Shown in pieces: positions 30,440 to 40,497 of a stretch of 62,464 bases of DNA; within the stretch, counting starts at the first letter, position 1; each line of letters begins with the position of its first letter. This DNA is from Bradyrhizobium sp. GTDB taxonomy: Bacteria > Pseudomonadota > Alphaproteobacteria > Rhizobiales > Xanthobacteraceae. The position numbers and the translations under genes are program-made. The stretch is from the NCBI RefSeq assembly GCF_049691595.1, contig NZ_JBAVNZ010000334.1, positions 1-62,464 on the forward strand. The letters run 5' to 3'. Below the pieces are notes generated by a model, which saw only the letters and a program-made list of their open reading frames with translations, did not search any database and was not told the origin of the DNA.

Positions 30440-32118
30440 GGCTCGGGCCTTTGCGTCGTACGGATCTTGTGGAGCACATCGTCGAGCTTCCTCACGGTGG
30501 AGTCGCGTTCATCATCACTGAGAGTGAGGATCTCCTGCAGGGCGACGCCAATATGCGGCAGATATTTCTCGATATACGCACGCCTGTCATATTCCTGGTG
30601 AAGTTGCGTCTCGTGGCGCAGGTAATGCGCGAGCTTGCGCGCGCATTGCTGCAGTCCCAACTTGATCTCATGGAGGATTTCCGGGTAAGGCTCGATGGCT
30701 TCCTTGGACTCCGAGGTGTAGGGCACCCAAACGGATGCGACATGGACCAGGATCGCCATCGGTGCGACCGGCAATGCGCCTTTCGGCTGCTGCAGGCCAT
30801 AGCCCCGCCAGTTCGTCTGGATAACGGCCTTGGTGATCGCGCAGCTGGACTGCTGGTAGAGGAGCGGTACCCGGTTGGCAAAACGCAGGAGACGAACGGG
30901 CTCGTCCTTCTGCGCTATCAGGTATTTGGCAGCACGCGTTTCATGCACCTCCTTCTTGCGCATGTGGCCGTTCTCGTCGACTTCAACGCCGGCCTCGCCA
31001 GGACGGCCATAGGCGATAGCGACTTCCACCTGGAACGGGTTGCCTCGGTAGGCCGCGGCCGGTCGAGTGGCGACGGTAAAAAAGTCCGCCTCCAGCTCCT
31101 TGTGCAGCCCGTCCAGCAGCTGCTTCTCGCCGATCGGGACGATGCAGTCGGTCCGTGGTGCCAGGATGCGGGTTTTTTGAATGGCCTTGTGCAGCGCGGT
31201 TGCCTGCACGTGAGCGATGTGCTTCGGATGAGAGCGATCGCTCAACTTCCTGTCAGAGAGCTTGCCGGCGAGTTCAATGATCTTGAGCGCGGTCTTCCTC
31301 CCCACGAAAGAGAACTCGTCTACGAGAAACCGCAACAACGTGCGGCTTGCGGTGTTGCTCAACATCTGAATAAGCCGGCCGAGCTCGATGCCGTACGGAT
31401 GCGGCTTGATTTCCGTCGGTCGAGGCGGGAGCTTGTTGGTGCTGCGGGCGAAACGAACCTCTTCTCCCTGCGGGTCCTGATAGGTGATAGAAAGGTGCGG
31501 ATTGGCGATGGCCGTCTGCTTCAGATAAACCTCAATCGAGTGCGGCCCCTTCTGATAGTGACCCTCCATCTCCATCTCGACTCGCGTGCCGTGAGGGCGG
31601 TCCCACTTCAGCCGCTTCTTCCTGTGGATGTCCGGCTGGTTCCTGGCAGTGTCAACCGACACATACATTTCCGAAGCAAGCTCATCACCCTTGATGCGGC
31701 TGATGATATGCAGCGGCTTGCCGATGGTGAGCTGCCCGTACATTCCTGCAGCCGAGATTCCCATCCCCTGTTGACCGCGTGACTGGCTGAGCTTGTGGAA
31801 CTTCGAGCCATAGAGAAGCTTGCCGAAAATGCGCGCGATCTGGCTCTCGACGATCCCGGGGCCGTTATCCTCTACGATGACCCGGGATTTCCCGTAGTGG
31901 TCGCTCACCTGCACGCTGATATCGGGGAGTATCCCCGCTTCCTCGCAGGCATCGAGAGCATTGTCCACCGCCTCTTTCACCGCGGTGACCAATGCCTTGG
32001 CTGGGCTATCAAAACCGAGCAGATGGCGGTTTTTGAGAAAGAACTCCGAAACGGAAATTTCGCGCTGGCGACTTGCCATCTCAAGAGCGGTGGCAGGTGG
32101 GGATTGCCTGTCAGACAC
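30436..32118 (-). CDS. top6B: DNA topoisomerase VI subunit B
   Basis: ISVSEFF.KN, KEAVDNALDA, EDNGPGI, SRGQQGMG, HGTRV (GHKL); RFANRVPL, VPYTSESKE transducer; 4-bp overlap with subunit A. Confidence 0.95.
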   Translation of the reverse strand: MSDRQSPPATALEMASRQREISVSEFFLKNRHLLGFDSPAKALVTAVKEAVDNALDACEEAGILPDISVQVSDHYGKSRVIVEDNGPGIVESQIARIFGKLLYGSKFHKLSQSRGQQGMGISAAGMYGQLTIGKPLHIISRIKGDELASEMYVSVDTARNQPDIHRKKRLKWDRPHGTRVEMEMEGHYQKGPHSIEVYLKQTAIANPHLSITYQDPQGEEVRFARSTNKLPPRPTEIKPHPYGIELGRLIQMLSNTASRTLLRFLVDEFSFVGRKTALKIIELAGKLSDRKLSDRSHPKHIAHVQATALHKAIQKTRILAPRTDCIVPIGEKQLLDGLHKELEADFFTVATRPAAAYRGNPFQVEVAIAYGRPGEAGVEVDENGHMRKKEVHETRAAKYLIAQKDEPVRLLRFANRVPLLYQQSSCAITKAVIQTNWRGYGLQQPKGALPVAPMAILVHVASVWVPYTSESKEAIEPYPEILHEIKLGLQQCARKLAHYLRHETQLHQEYDRRAYIEKYLPHIGVALQEILTLSDDERDSTVRKLDDVLHKIRTTQRPEP

Positions 32119-32200
32119 AATTCAAAAGCTGCATCTCGTAAGGTGCATCCCTCGTTGTCTATGAAGTCGTCTATCGATATCCACTGCTCGCCGGTGTCGT

Positions 32201-32214
32201 TTGACCAGGATCAA
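32201..32214. promoter_or_regulatory. FNR/FixK box TTGACCAGGATCAA upstream of top6B
   Basis: 83 bp upstream of the top6B start. Confidence 0.8.
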
Positions 32215-32270
32215 TATCGTTCCACCCCCCGTGTGGTGCAGAAATGGCCAAGTCAGCTTCGCAGCGCAAT

Positions 32271-32696
32271 CTAGCGCCGCAAAGTCCTGAGAGAAGCCGG
32301 CAGATGGTCCATGAGTTTTGCAAACTCGCCCGGATCGAGCTTCTCCCAGAGGATCTCGAACACGCCGCTGGTCACGGTCAGCGGATCCATCGGAAATCGT
32401 GGTGGCAATGCTTTCAAAACATGGTCAGCAAATTCCTGGACGCTACGATCTTTGGTCGGCTTTCCGGCCATATGCCAGCCTTCGTAGTAGACGCCGCGCA
32501 TCAGCGTCGGAAGCTGAGCGCCGAGATGCACCGCGACCTCCGGGGGCAGCCGGTCGCGTAGCGTATGCAACACGGCCCGCAGCGCACTGTAAGCGTGGTG
32601 GCGATCCTCAAAGTGCAGCTGCTCAGCGACGGCCTTCAGCCAGACATTGGTCTCCTGAACGGTGTGATCCAGGGCGGCGACGCCTGATGTGCTCAT
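32271..32696 (-). CDS. DUF2267 family protein
   Basis: TVQETNVWL, LRAVLHTLRDRL, AQLPTLMRGVYYEGW. Confidence 0.88.
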   Translation of the reverse strand: MSTSGVAALDHTVQETNVWLKAVAEQLHFEDRHHAYSALRAVLHTLRDRLPPEVAVHLGAQLPTLMRGVYYEGWHMAGKPTKDRSVQEFADHVLKALPPRFPMDPLTVTSGVFEILWEKLDPGEFAKLMDHLPASLRTLRR

Positions 32697-32785
32697 AGCG
32701 CTCTCCATTCGAAAGGGAATTCTCGACCGGGCTTCCGAATGACAGGATTTGATCTGTAATCTATTCATGGAACAAATGGCGCAGT

Positions 32786-32799
32786 TTGATATGCGTCAA
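32786..32799. promoter_or_regulatory. FNR/FixK box TTGATATGCGTCAA
   Basis: 90 bp upstream of DUF2267. Confidence 0.75.
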
Positions 32800-32970
32800 G
32801 CCACAGAGATTCTGCGGAGAGAGGCGCCAGCTACATGTGCAGCATCAATCACGCTTACATCTTCCGCTACCGCGGGATCAATGTGCAGTTCACCGCAGAT
32901 TGGCTTCATTTGCCACCACTTCACTTCGAAGACATCATCCGCGTTGTTCTCCCTCCGCGCTGAAACCGCA

Positions 32971-33333
32971 TTATTCGAACGACTTCAGGAAACTGATGAA
33001 ATCGGCAACTTGACGAGGATCCAGTCGAAACTCCGGCATTCTTGGATGGCCCGTCGACAACCCCTCGCCGAGTGCATCTCCCAGCGTTTCGACTGGATAC
33101 CATTTGTGGAGCGTGCGAAACGGCGGCGCGGCGGCGAGGGGGCTCCGGGTAAATTTGTCGATCGAATGACACCGCGAACAATTGGCGTGCGCGAAGGCCT
33201 TGCCTCTCCGAACGCTCTGTACGTCAGCAAGTGCCGGAAGACTGGCCACGATATTTGAAATGCTGGTCATCGCGAACAGAGCCAGGATCACTATGCGTCG
33301 GTGCGTCTCACGCGGTAGGGCGACGATCACCAT
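32971..33333 (-). CDS. Small monoheme cytochrome c
   Basis: Signal peptide, CSRCH, APPFRTL, HPRMPEF. Confidence 0.85.
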   Translation of the reverse strand: MVIVALPRETHRRIVILALFAMTSISNIVASLPALADVQSVRRGKAFAHANCSRCHSIDKFTRSPLAAAPPFRTLHKWYPVETLGDALGEGLSTGHPRMPEFRLDPRQVADFISFLKSFE

Positions 33334-33468
33334 CTGCCTTATTCCATGTATTCAGATGCCCAAATTGATGGGTGACTGAAGTGCTTCGCTAAATGATTCG
33401 AGCAGACAAATCCGATGCGGGATCTAGTCAAGTGTGGTCTATAATTCGGCTGAAACTCCTGACTTGCC

Positions 33469-33482
33469 TTGACCTGCATCAA
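33469..33482. promoter_or_regulatory. FNR/FixK box TTGACCTGCATCAA
   Basis: Between divergent cytochrome c and BON genes. Confidence 0.8.
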
Positions 33483-33540
33483 CAACCTTACCGGCGAGGG
33501 TGGGCAATGATGCGATTGTTCGGCATTCAGGAGGCAGATC

Positions 33541-34194
33541 ATGAACGAGTTGAAATTACGTGACGATATCCTGGACGAACTCGCCTATGAGCCCATTGTT
33601 GATGCAGCTCACGTCGGTGTGGCCGTTGATCAGGGCGTTGTGACGCTCGCCGGACATGTTGGCAGCTATGCGCAGAAGCTCGCAGCAATATCCGCAGCAC
33701 GCCGGGTGAAGGGCGTGCATGGAATCGTGGATGAGATTGATGTTCGCCATTCTTCGGATCCAAAGACGTCTGACGATGAGATCGCCAAACGAGCGATCGA
33801 TATGCTGGTCTGGGACAGCGTCGTTCCCAGTGACGCAATCCAGGTCACGGTGCGCGACGGCTGGGTGACATTGACCGGCAAAGTCAATTGGCAATATCAG
33901 AAGAGCAGCGCCGAGCGCGACATCCGAAGGCTGTCAGGGGTGCGTGGCGTGATCAATAATATCGAAATAGAGCCTCATGCGAAGGCTGAGAATGTAAAAA
34001 GGAAGATCGAAGACGCCCTGAAGCGGCACGCCCAAGTGGAAGCCAAGGACATACGCGTCACCGTTCGAGATGACAGTGAAGTGCTGCTTGAGGGCAAGGT
34101 GCACAGTTGGGACGAGAAAGTTGCGGTCGAGAACGCGGCCTGGTCAGCCACCGGAGTGAAGAATGTCAGGGACCGGCTGACGATAGGATCGTAG
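33541..34194 (+). CDS. Triple BON-domain (OsmY-like) protein
   Basis: Three BON repeats (GVVTLAG, GWVTLTG, VLLEG..AAWSATGV). Confidence 0.92.
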   Translation: MNELKLRDDILDELAYEPIVDAAHVGVAVDQGVVTLAGHVGSYAQKLAAISAARRVKGVHGIVDEIDVRHSSDPKTSDDEIAKRAIDMLVWDSVVPSDAIQVTVRDGWVTLTGKVNWQYQKSSAERDIRRLSGVRGVINNIEIEPHAKAENVKRKIEDALKRHAQVEAKDIRVTVRDDSEVLLEGKVHSWDEKVAVENAAWSATGVKNVRDRLTIGS

Positions 34195-34402
34195 CGATAG
34201 CTTCCAGGTCAATTCGGCTCCCGTGAAGTCGATATTGGGCGGACGCCGAAGGAAGGCGAGCGACATTCGGACTTGTCATTCGCCATCGACGAGGCGTTCA
34301 AGCGGGGCGCGCAGGCGCCTTCAGGATAATGCGCGGCGCATGGAGGAAACGATCAAAAACCACGGAACCGTTGTGCGGCTTGATCCGGATAGAGACAGGC
34401 GC

Positions 34403-35089
34403 TCACTCCCAGCCTCCGGCGGACCGGGTGATCAGGTTGTCGTTGACCGCGCACACTCCCGGCGTGGATTCGGCGGCAACCTTGATTGCTTTCCGCTCAG
34501 CGGCGGATTCGGCAATGCCCCAGAGGTCCACGATGCCTCCATTAACCGTCACATTCAGCATCGATGTATGGGCCCACGGCTGCCTCTTGAGGTAAGAGAA
34601 TATGTTTTCGCGGATGGCCGCATCGGAAAGCGGAATATCGAGCAGCTTGCGAGCTGTCGCCACGGCCTGAATAAGGTTTGACCGGCTGACGATACCGACC
34701 AACTGGCCGTTCTCCACAATAGGAACTCTCTTGATCGCGTTCTTCTCCATCAAGGTCGCGACCTCGTGAAGCGGTGTCTGAGGGACAGCTGTTATGACAT
34801 CGCGGGTCATGACATCTGAAACTTTAAGGCCATGAGCCTTGACATAATCGGCGGCGAGCGTGTCATTGTTGATAAATCCTCGAAGCCACCAAGAGTAACG
34901 TCGCTCGGTATCGGCTTCCACACGATGAAGCAAATCGCCTTCGCTGACGATACCGACGAGCTTTTCCTGGCTGTCGATCACCGGCGCTGCGCTAATCCCT
35001 TTTTCCAGGAATAGCTGTGCGACCTCCTTCACCATGGTAGAAGGCTTCACCGTAATGACTGGCGCAACCATGACGTCTCGAACATACAT
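34403..35089 (-). CDS. CBS pair + BON domain protein
   Basis: LVGIVSEGDLL, IKRVPIV, C-terminal GIVDLWG..AESTPGV. Confidence 0.92.
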   Translation of the reverse strand: MYVRDVMVAPVITVKPSTMVKEVAQLFLEKGISAAPVIDSQEKLVGIVSEGDLLHRVEADTERRYSWWLRGFINNDTLAADYVKAHGLKVSDVMTRDVITAVPQTPLHEVATLMEKNAIKRVPIVENGQLVGIVSRSNLIQAVATARKLLDIPLSDAAIRENIFSYLKRQPWAHTSMLNVTVNGGIVDLWGIAESAAERKAIKVAAESTPGVCAVNDNLITRSAGGWE

Positions 35090-35143
35090 GGCAGGTCTCC
35101 ATCGTTAGCTGATGAAGAGAGCTCTTCGATGTATCCCTCGTCA

Positions 35144-35230
35144 TTGATTCAGATCAAAAGCGGTGACGAGTTTCACGCATCGTCGTCGCAGCTTGGCTAT
35201 TTTCAACAGACTGACTCTGATCTGAATCAA
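35144..35230. promoter_or_regulatory. Two FNR/FixK boxes (TTGATTCAGATCAA 35144-35157; CTGATCTGAATCAA 35217-35230)
   Basis: Divergent region between CBS-BON and polX. Confidence 0.8.
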
Positions 35231-35294
35231 TTCGGGCCTGTCGGGCCATGCAATATTGTTCAATCGCAAACTCTGCCCTTCATAGGTCCCCGAC

Positions 35295-37001
35295 ATGCCT
35301 GTGCAGAATGCGGAAATCGCGGCCATGTTCGACCAGGCCGCCGAGCTTCTCGAAATTTCAGGAGAGAACCAGTTTCGCGTGCGTGCTTACCGTCGTGCCG
35401 CGCGCGTCGTCGAGGGTCTACCCAAAGCGGTTGGCGGTTTGCTGAAGGCAGGACGCGATTTGTCGGAGCTGCCGGGGATCGGCAAGGACCTCGCCGGCAA
35501 GATAGCCGATATCGTCAAGACCGGGCATTTCAATCTGCTCGATACGCTGAAAAGGAAGCTCCCTGGCGAGCTGGGCGATATGGCGGCTCTTCCCGGACTC
35601 GGACCGAAGCGCATCAGGCTGCTCTATGACAAGCTGAAAGTGCGCACCCTCGACGACCTTCGTCAGGCCATCAAGACCGGGCGGTTGCGCGAGCTTCGCG
35701 GATTCGGCCCAGTGATCGAGAAGAAATTGCTCGGTGCGCTTGAAAAGCCGCAGCCCGCGAAGCGGTTCAAGCTTTCGGTGGCCGAAGCCGAGGCTGAAGC
35801 GCTGGTCGGCTTTCTCCGAGATAGCGGGCGCGTCGTGGTCGCTGGCAGCTATCGTCGGCGCCGCGACACGGTCGGCGATCTTGATGTGCTGGTGACCACG
35901 AAGAACGGCGCCGCCGTCGGAAACAGGCTGGTAGAGTATGAGAACGTCGCGCAGGTCGCCGCTCATGGACCGACGCGCACGACCGTGATGCTGCGCTCCG
36001 GCTTGCAGGTCGATGTTCGCGCGGTACCGGAGGAAAGCTTTGGCGCAGCACTCCTGTATTTCACCGGTTCCAAGGCCCACAACATCGCGCTGCGCGGGCT
36101 CGCCAATCAACACGGCTGGAAGCTGAACGAATACGGATTGTTCTCCGGCAAACGGCGGATTGCCGGCGCCACCGAAGAAGACGTCTACCAGAAGCTCGGG
36201 CTTGCCTTCATCGTGCCGGAGTTGCGCGAAGATCGCGGGGAGATCGCGGCGTCGCAGGCCGGCAAGCTGCCCGGGCTGGTGAAGCTTTCCGATATTCGAG
36301 GCGACCTTCACATGCACTCGGACTGGACCGATGGCACGGTCACCATTGCCGAAATGGCAGAAGCCGCGCGGGCGCGCGGCTACGGCTACATCGCCCTGAC
36401 CGATCACAGTCGTCGCGTCGCCATGACGCATGGTCTCGATCCGACGCGCCTGGCACGCCAAATCCGCGAAATCGATCGGTTCAACGAGAAATTCAAGAAC
36501 TTCACAATTCTTAAGGGCATCGAGGTCGATATTCTCAGGGACGGGAGTCTTGATTTGCCGGATTCAAGCCTGGCGAAGCTGGATATCGTGGTGGCGGGGG
36601 TTCATTCGCATTTCGATCTACCGCGCCAGGCCCAGACCGGCCGCGTCGTCCGCGCCCTGGAGAACCGTTATGTGTCCATTCTGGCGCATCCGACCGGGCG
36701 CTTGCTCGGCGAGCGCGAGCCTTACGACATCGATATGGATGTCGTGATCTCGGTCGCGCGTAAGGTCGGCTGTTACCTCGAGATCAATGCGGAACCGGAC
36801 CGCCTGGATTTGAACGATGTTCATGCGCACGCAGCGAAACTGGGCGGGGTAAAGCTGGTGGTCTCAACGGATGCGCATTCGGTCGATGCATTGCAGTGCA
36901 TGCGGTTCGGGATCGATCAGGCGCGGCGCGCCTGGCTGACGGCAAATGATGTGCTGAATACCCGACCGCTCGTCGAATTGCGAAAACTGCTGAAGCGATA
37001 G
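35295..37001 (+). CDS. polX: DNA polymerase X / PHP-domain exonuclease
   Basis: FRVRAYRRAA, GSYRR..GDLDVL, VDVR, YFTGSKAHN, PELRE; PHP DLHMHS, TDHS, HPTGR, STDAH. Confidence 0.96.
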   Translation: MPVQNAEIAAMFDQAAELLEISGENQFRVRAYRRAARVVEGLPKAVGGLLKAGRDLSELPGIGKDLAGKIADIVKTGHFNLLDTLKRKLPGELGDMAALPGLGPKRIRLLYDKLKVRTLDDLRQAIKTGRLRELRGFGPVIEKKLLGALEKPQPAKRFKLSVAEAEAEALVGFLRDSGRVVVAGSYRRRRDTVGDLDVLVTTKNGAAVGNRLVEYENVAQVAAHGPTRTTVMLRSGLQVDVRAVPEESFGAALLYFTGSKAHNIALRGLANQHGWKLNEYGLFSGKRRIAGATEEDVYQKLGLAFIVPELREDRGEIAASQAGKLPGLVKLSDIRGDLHMHSDWTDGTVTIAEMAEAARARGYGYIALTDHSRRVAMTHGLDPTRLARQIREIDRFNEKFKNFTILKGIEVDILRDGSLDLPDSSLAKLDIVVAGVHSHFDLPRQAQTGRVVRALENRYVSILAHPTGRLLGEREPYDIDMDVVISVARKVGCYLEINAEPDRLDLNDVHAHAAKLGGVKLVVSTDAHSVDALQCMRFGIDQARRAWLTANDVLNTRPLVELRKLLKR

Positions 37002-37196
37002 GCTTTCGCCCCCAGCTCGGGAGGATAATTCTGCCGAAGTGCGTTAGAGGCAGCCGGTAGGCTGTTCGCGCGAGGGGTCAAGCGGCTGCCTTTCTAAGAA
37101 CAGCGAACCAAATCAAAGGCGTAAGAAGGGAAGCTCCGTGATTGAGGATAGGCGATTGATTTCGTGATCTCCGCACCGGATGAAACCAGGATGATG

Positions 37197-37210
37197 TTGA
37201 CCCAAATCAA
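37197..37210. promoter_or_regulatory. FNR/FixK box TTGACCCAAATCAA
   Basis: Upstream of a USP gene. Confidence 0.75.
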
Positions 37211-37246
37211 GCGCTTCGTGCGTCGAAACCCTACAAGAGGCACGCT

Positions 37247-37684
37247 ATGTACAATCATGTTCTCATTCCTACCGACGGATCGCCTTTGTCGACGGTAGCG
37301 GTCGAACACAGCATGGACTTTGCGCGGGATGCCGACGCCAAGGTGACCGTGCTTACGGTTGTGAGTCCATTCCACGTGTTCTCTGCTGATGCCAGCCGGC
37401 TTGCGGACACGCGCGCCGACTATGAACAGCGAGCGCGAATGCACGCGGCGGAAATCCTGACGGACGCGCAACGCAAGGCGCAAGCACGCGGGGTGCGATG
37501 CGATGTGTTGCAGCTGGAGAGCGATTCCCCGTACGATGCGATCATCAAGACAGCCAACAAAAGCGGATGTGACTTGATTGCGATGGCCTCGCATGGCCGG
37601 CGCGGCGTTGCCGCCGTGGTCTTGGGAAGCGAGACATTGAAGGTGCTAACCCATTCCAAAATACCGGTTCTTGTCTATCGGTGA
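37247..37684 (+). CDS. Universal stress protein
   Basis: LIPTDGS, DLIAMASHGRRG..LGSET. Confidence 0.95.
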   Translation: MYNHVLIPTDGSPLSTVAVEHSMDFARDADAKVTVLTVVSPFHVFSADASRLADTRADYEQRARMHAAEILTDAQRKAQARGVRCDVLQLESDSPYDAIIKTANKSGCDLIAMASHGRRGVAAVVLGSETLKVLTHSKIPVLVYR

Positions 37685-37920
37685 ATGCAAAGGAATGTCG
37701 TTATGCGCCAGTCATCTGGCGCCGAGTCCACGCGTTAACCTTCTCGGGAACAGAACATGCGGAGCTGTTATGCGGAACAGGCGGATGAGGCCCCGAAGCT
37801 GTTGGAAGGCGAACCGGTTGAGGTGAGGCGTGAACTCCCAGCCGAAGATAATTCACGGATAGAATGTACCGAGCCCCACCGTCAGCCCACTTCGCCTTTG
37901 TCTGAAGATCGAGGCGCGCC

Positions 37921-38949
37921 GTGATGAAGAATCAGATTTGGTCGCCTTCCGCTGTCGGACCGGTTGTCAGTAGCCGTCTTCGGCTATTTGCCTTGAACGG
38001 GACCAACGATCTTGGGCGCGACATCAGTAAGCTGCTTGCCCACTCTCTCAGCGCTCATGAAGAGCGGGATTTCGAAGATGGCGAGCACAAGGCAAGACCC
38101 CTCGACCCCGTTTGCGGCGCCGACGTATACGTGATTCATAGTCTTCATGGAGGTCCAGACCAGAGCGCCAATGACAAGCTCTGTCGACTGCTGTTTTTCA
38201 TCGGAGCGCTGAAAGACGCCAGAGCCGGGCGGGTAACCGCTGTCGCGCCGTATCTCTGTTATGCCCGAAAGGATCGCCGCACCAAGGCAAACGATCCGGT
38301 GTCGACGCGTTATGTTGCAGCACTCTTCGAATCGATCGGCTGCGATGCCGTCGTTACGCTTGAGGTACACAACGAGGCTGCCTTCGAAAACGCGTTTCGC
38401 TGCCGCGCCGTGGCACTGACAGCGGCGCCCTTGATGATCAGGCAGATCAAGGCAAGCGTCGGAGACGAAGCTCTTTGCGTCATCTCGCCGGATTTGGGGG
38501 GTGGCAAGCGGGCAGATTTGCTACGGGAAGCACTGGAAACGGCAATGGGCCGTCCGGTCGGCAAGGCATTTGCCGAAAAACACCGCAGCGCCGGGGTCGT
38601 TTCAGGCGACCTGTTCGTAGGCGAGGTTGCCGACGCCACTTGCATCATCGTCGACGACCTCATCAGCACGGGCGGCACGCTAGTGCGGGCTGCGCGGGCG
38701 GCGCGCGCCCGTGGCGCCCGACGGGTCCTGGCGTGCGTTGCCCACGGATTGTTCATGCCGGGAGCGGAAACGGCGCTCGCCGATCCAGCCATCGATCGCA
38801 TCATTGCCACCGACTCCGTGCCGGCATTCCGCCTGCCGGGTGGCCCGGTGCGTGATAAACTCGATATTGTGCCGGCCGCACCGTTGCTGGCGGAAGCCAT
38901 CCGCCGGCTCCACGAGGACAAGCCGCTCACCGATCTCCTGGTATTCTGA
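37921..38949 (+). CDS. prs: Ribose-phosphate pyrophosphokinase (PRPP synthase)
   Basis: FEDGE, PYLCYARKDRR, SPDLGG, IIVDDLISTGGT, HGLF. Confidence 0.93.
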   Translation: MMKNQIWSPSAVGPVVSSRLRLFALNGTNDLGRDISKLLAHSLSAHEERDFEDGEHKARPLDPVCGADVYVIHSLHGGPDQSANDKLCRLLFFIGALKDARAGRVTAVAPYLCYARKDRRTKANDPVSTRYVAALFESIGCDAVVTLEVHNEAAFENAFRCRAVALTAAPLMIRQIKASVGDEALCVISPDLGGGKRADLLREALETAMGRPVGKAFAEKHRSAGVVSGDLFVGEVADATCIIVDDLISTGGTLVRAARAARARGARRVLACVAHGLFMPGAETALADPAIDRIIATDSVPAFRLPGGPVRDKLDIVPAAPLLAEAIRRLHEDKPLTDLLVF

Positions 38950-40060
38950 AAATTGTTCGAGAATCGGCGCTGCGTGGCCTTAGCTTTCGACGATTGCCGA
39001 GAATACGTTCGAGGCGCATGGCATCTGCCGCGGCAAGGTTGAGATACATGCGGGCAAGGCGGGGCCATTTTTCCGGCGTGCGAGGACTTGCATCGAGCAG
39101 GTGCGCGATCGACAGACGCGCGCGCAGCATCGCCCGATGGCTGCGATAAAACAGAAAAAGTCCGCTGGAGGCATTGTCGCCCAGGGCACGCGCCAAGTGC
39201 CGTCTAATCCGCTCAGCAACCCAAAGGCCGCCGAGGCGTTCGCATTCCAGATGCAGGAAGGCGATTTCATCGAGAGGATCAAGCGCCCGCAGTTTTGGGT
39301 CGAATTCCAGGCAGTCGATGATTGTCACGGGCTCGCGCAGCCAAATGTGCTCGGGGCGCAGGTCTCCATGTGCATCGACGAGCTGCCGCGCGCGAACCCT
39401 CGCAAGCAGCAGGGCGGAGCGTTTCATGACAAACCGGCGCTGGACCTGTGCGATGCGCTCCACGCTTCCCTGAGGAAGGCCGAGGCGGGCGTTGAACAGC
39501 ACGCGGCAGTTGTCCGCGAGCGCCTTCTGCCATCCGACAAGATAGTGTTCGGGTTCGAGCTGGACCCGAGGCGCATGCGCATAAAATGCGCCGAGCGTTG
39601 CCGCGAGCCGATCAACCTGAAAGGGCTTCAGCCAGCTTCCCCACAAGGCAGCTTCGAGCGTCTCATTTTCGTCAAGCCGGCGCATGACCACGAGCCAATC
39701 CACGACAGGCCCATCGCCGGAGATCGCGAGGCCTGATGCCGAAACCGTGAGCGGAACGACACCCAGATAGACATCCGGAGCGAGGCGCCGGTTCAGCAGA
39801 TATTCTGCGCGGCAGGCGGCCTCGCGCCGATCCAGAGTTGAGAAATCGAGATAGGGGAAGCGAACGGGTTTTTTCAGCTTGTAGGCGCATTCGCCCGCCA
39901 TGAAGACCCATGACATATGGGTTTCGCGTGCGACCACATTCTCCGGGGCGCACGAATATGTCGCTGGACTGCTGAGAAACCGGACCTTGTTGCCGAGCGT
40001 AGGGGTATTCTGGCCACAAGGAAATCCGTCAGCTCGCGGTAGCGTTTGGGAAGGCTCCAT
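38927..40060 (-). CDS. COG2187-type aminoglycoside-phosphotransferase-like kinase (no AAA_33 domain)
   Basis: ETHMSWVF, YKLKKPV..LDFSTL, LNRRLAP, HGDLRPEH, IIDCLEF. Confidence 0.85.
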   Translation of the reverse strand: MEPSQTLPRADGFPCGQNTPTLGNKVRFLSSPATYSCAPENVVARETHMSWVFMAGECAYKLKKPVRFPYLDFSTLDRREAACRAEYLLNRRLAPDVYLGVVPLTVSASGLAISGDGPVVDWLVVMRRLDENETLEAALWGSWLKPFQVDRLAATLGAFYAHAPRVQLEPEHYLVGWQKALADNCRVLFNARLGLPQGSVERIAQVQRRFVMKRSALLLARVRARQLVDAHGDLRPEHIWLREPVTIIDCLEFDPKLRALDPLDEIAFLHLECERLGGLWVAERIRRHLARALGDNASSGLFLFYRSHRAMLRARLSIAHLLDASPRTPEKWPRLARMYLNLAAADAMRLERILGNRRKLRPRSADSRTIFRIPGDR

Positions 40061-40093
40061 GGGTGAAAATTAACCGGAACCCTCCAACCCGGT

Positions 40094-40107
40094 TTGATGC
40101 CGATCAA
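40094..40107. promoter_or_regulatory. FNR/FixK box TTGATGCCGATCAA
   Basis: Exact consensus between the kinase and the hydrolase remnant/PRTase. Confidence 0.8.
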
Positions 40108-40158
40108 GAACAATTTCCCCGCCCAGGGGTAATTTTTTATCGAATGGAGTAACGGGTC

Positions 40159-40497
40159 ATGCAGCCGGTCTCCGCCCTAAGACGTGACGTAAAGAGCGCG
40201 GTTCAATCGCGCGCTTTCTCGCGAGATGGGCAGATCCTACCACTCGGCGTTCTGCCCCAAGTCAAGGCGCCGACGCTGTTGATCGCGGGAGGTGCGGATA
40301 GCGGCGTGATCGAACTCAACCAATGGGCTTTGGAAGGTCTTGGAGGAGAAAAGAGCATCAAAATAGTGCCGGGTGCAACCCATCTCTTCCCGGAGCCCGG
40401 TGCATTTGAGGCTGTCATTGAGCTGGCCGCAGCATGGTTCGAACGTCATCTTGTGAGCGATCATCCTATAATTGCCAATCGGGATGCACGCCGATGA
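40159..40497 (+). pseudogene. Dienelactone hydrolase-like C-terminal fragment
   Basis: VKAPTLLIAGGAD..VPGATHLFPEPGA matches only the C-terminal half of 60396-61094; nucleophile region missing. Confidence 0.8.

Noticed and set aside
29303..32118. Wadjet JetD, Topo VIII or another defence-system Toprim
   Set aside because: Separate full-length A and B subunits with canonical Topo VI motifs; no SMC/Jet genes nearby
37690..37915. Possible membrane-protein remnant upstream of prs
   Set aside because: Short, interrupted by stops, no identifiable family
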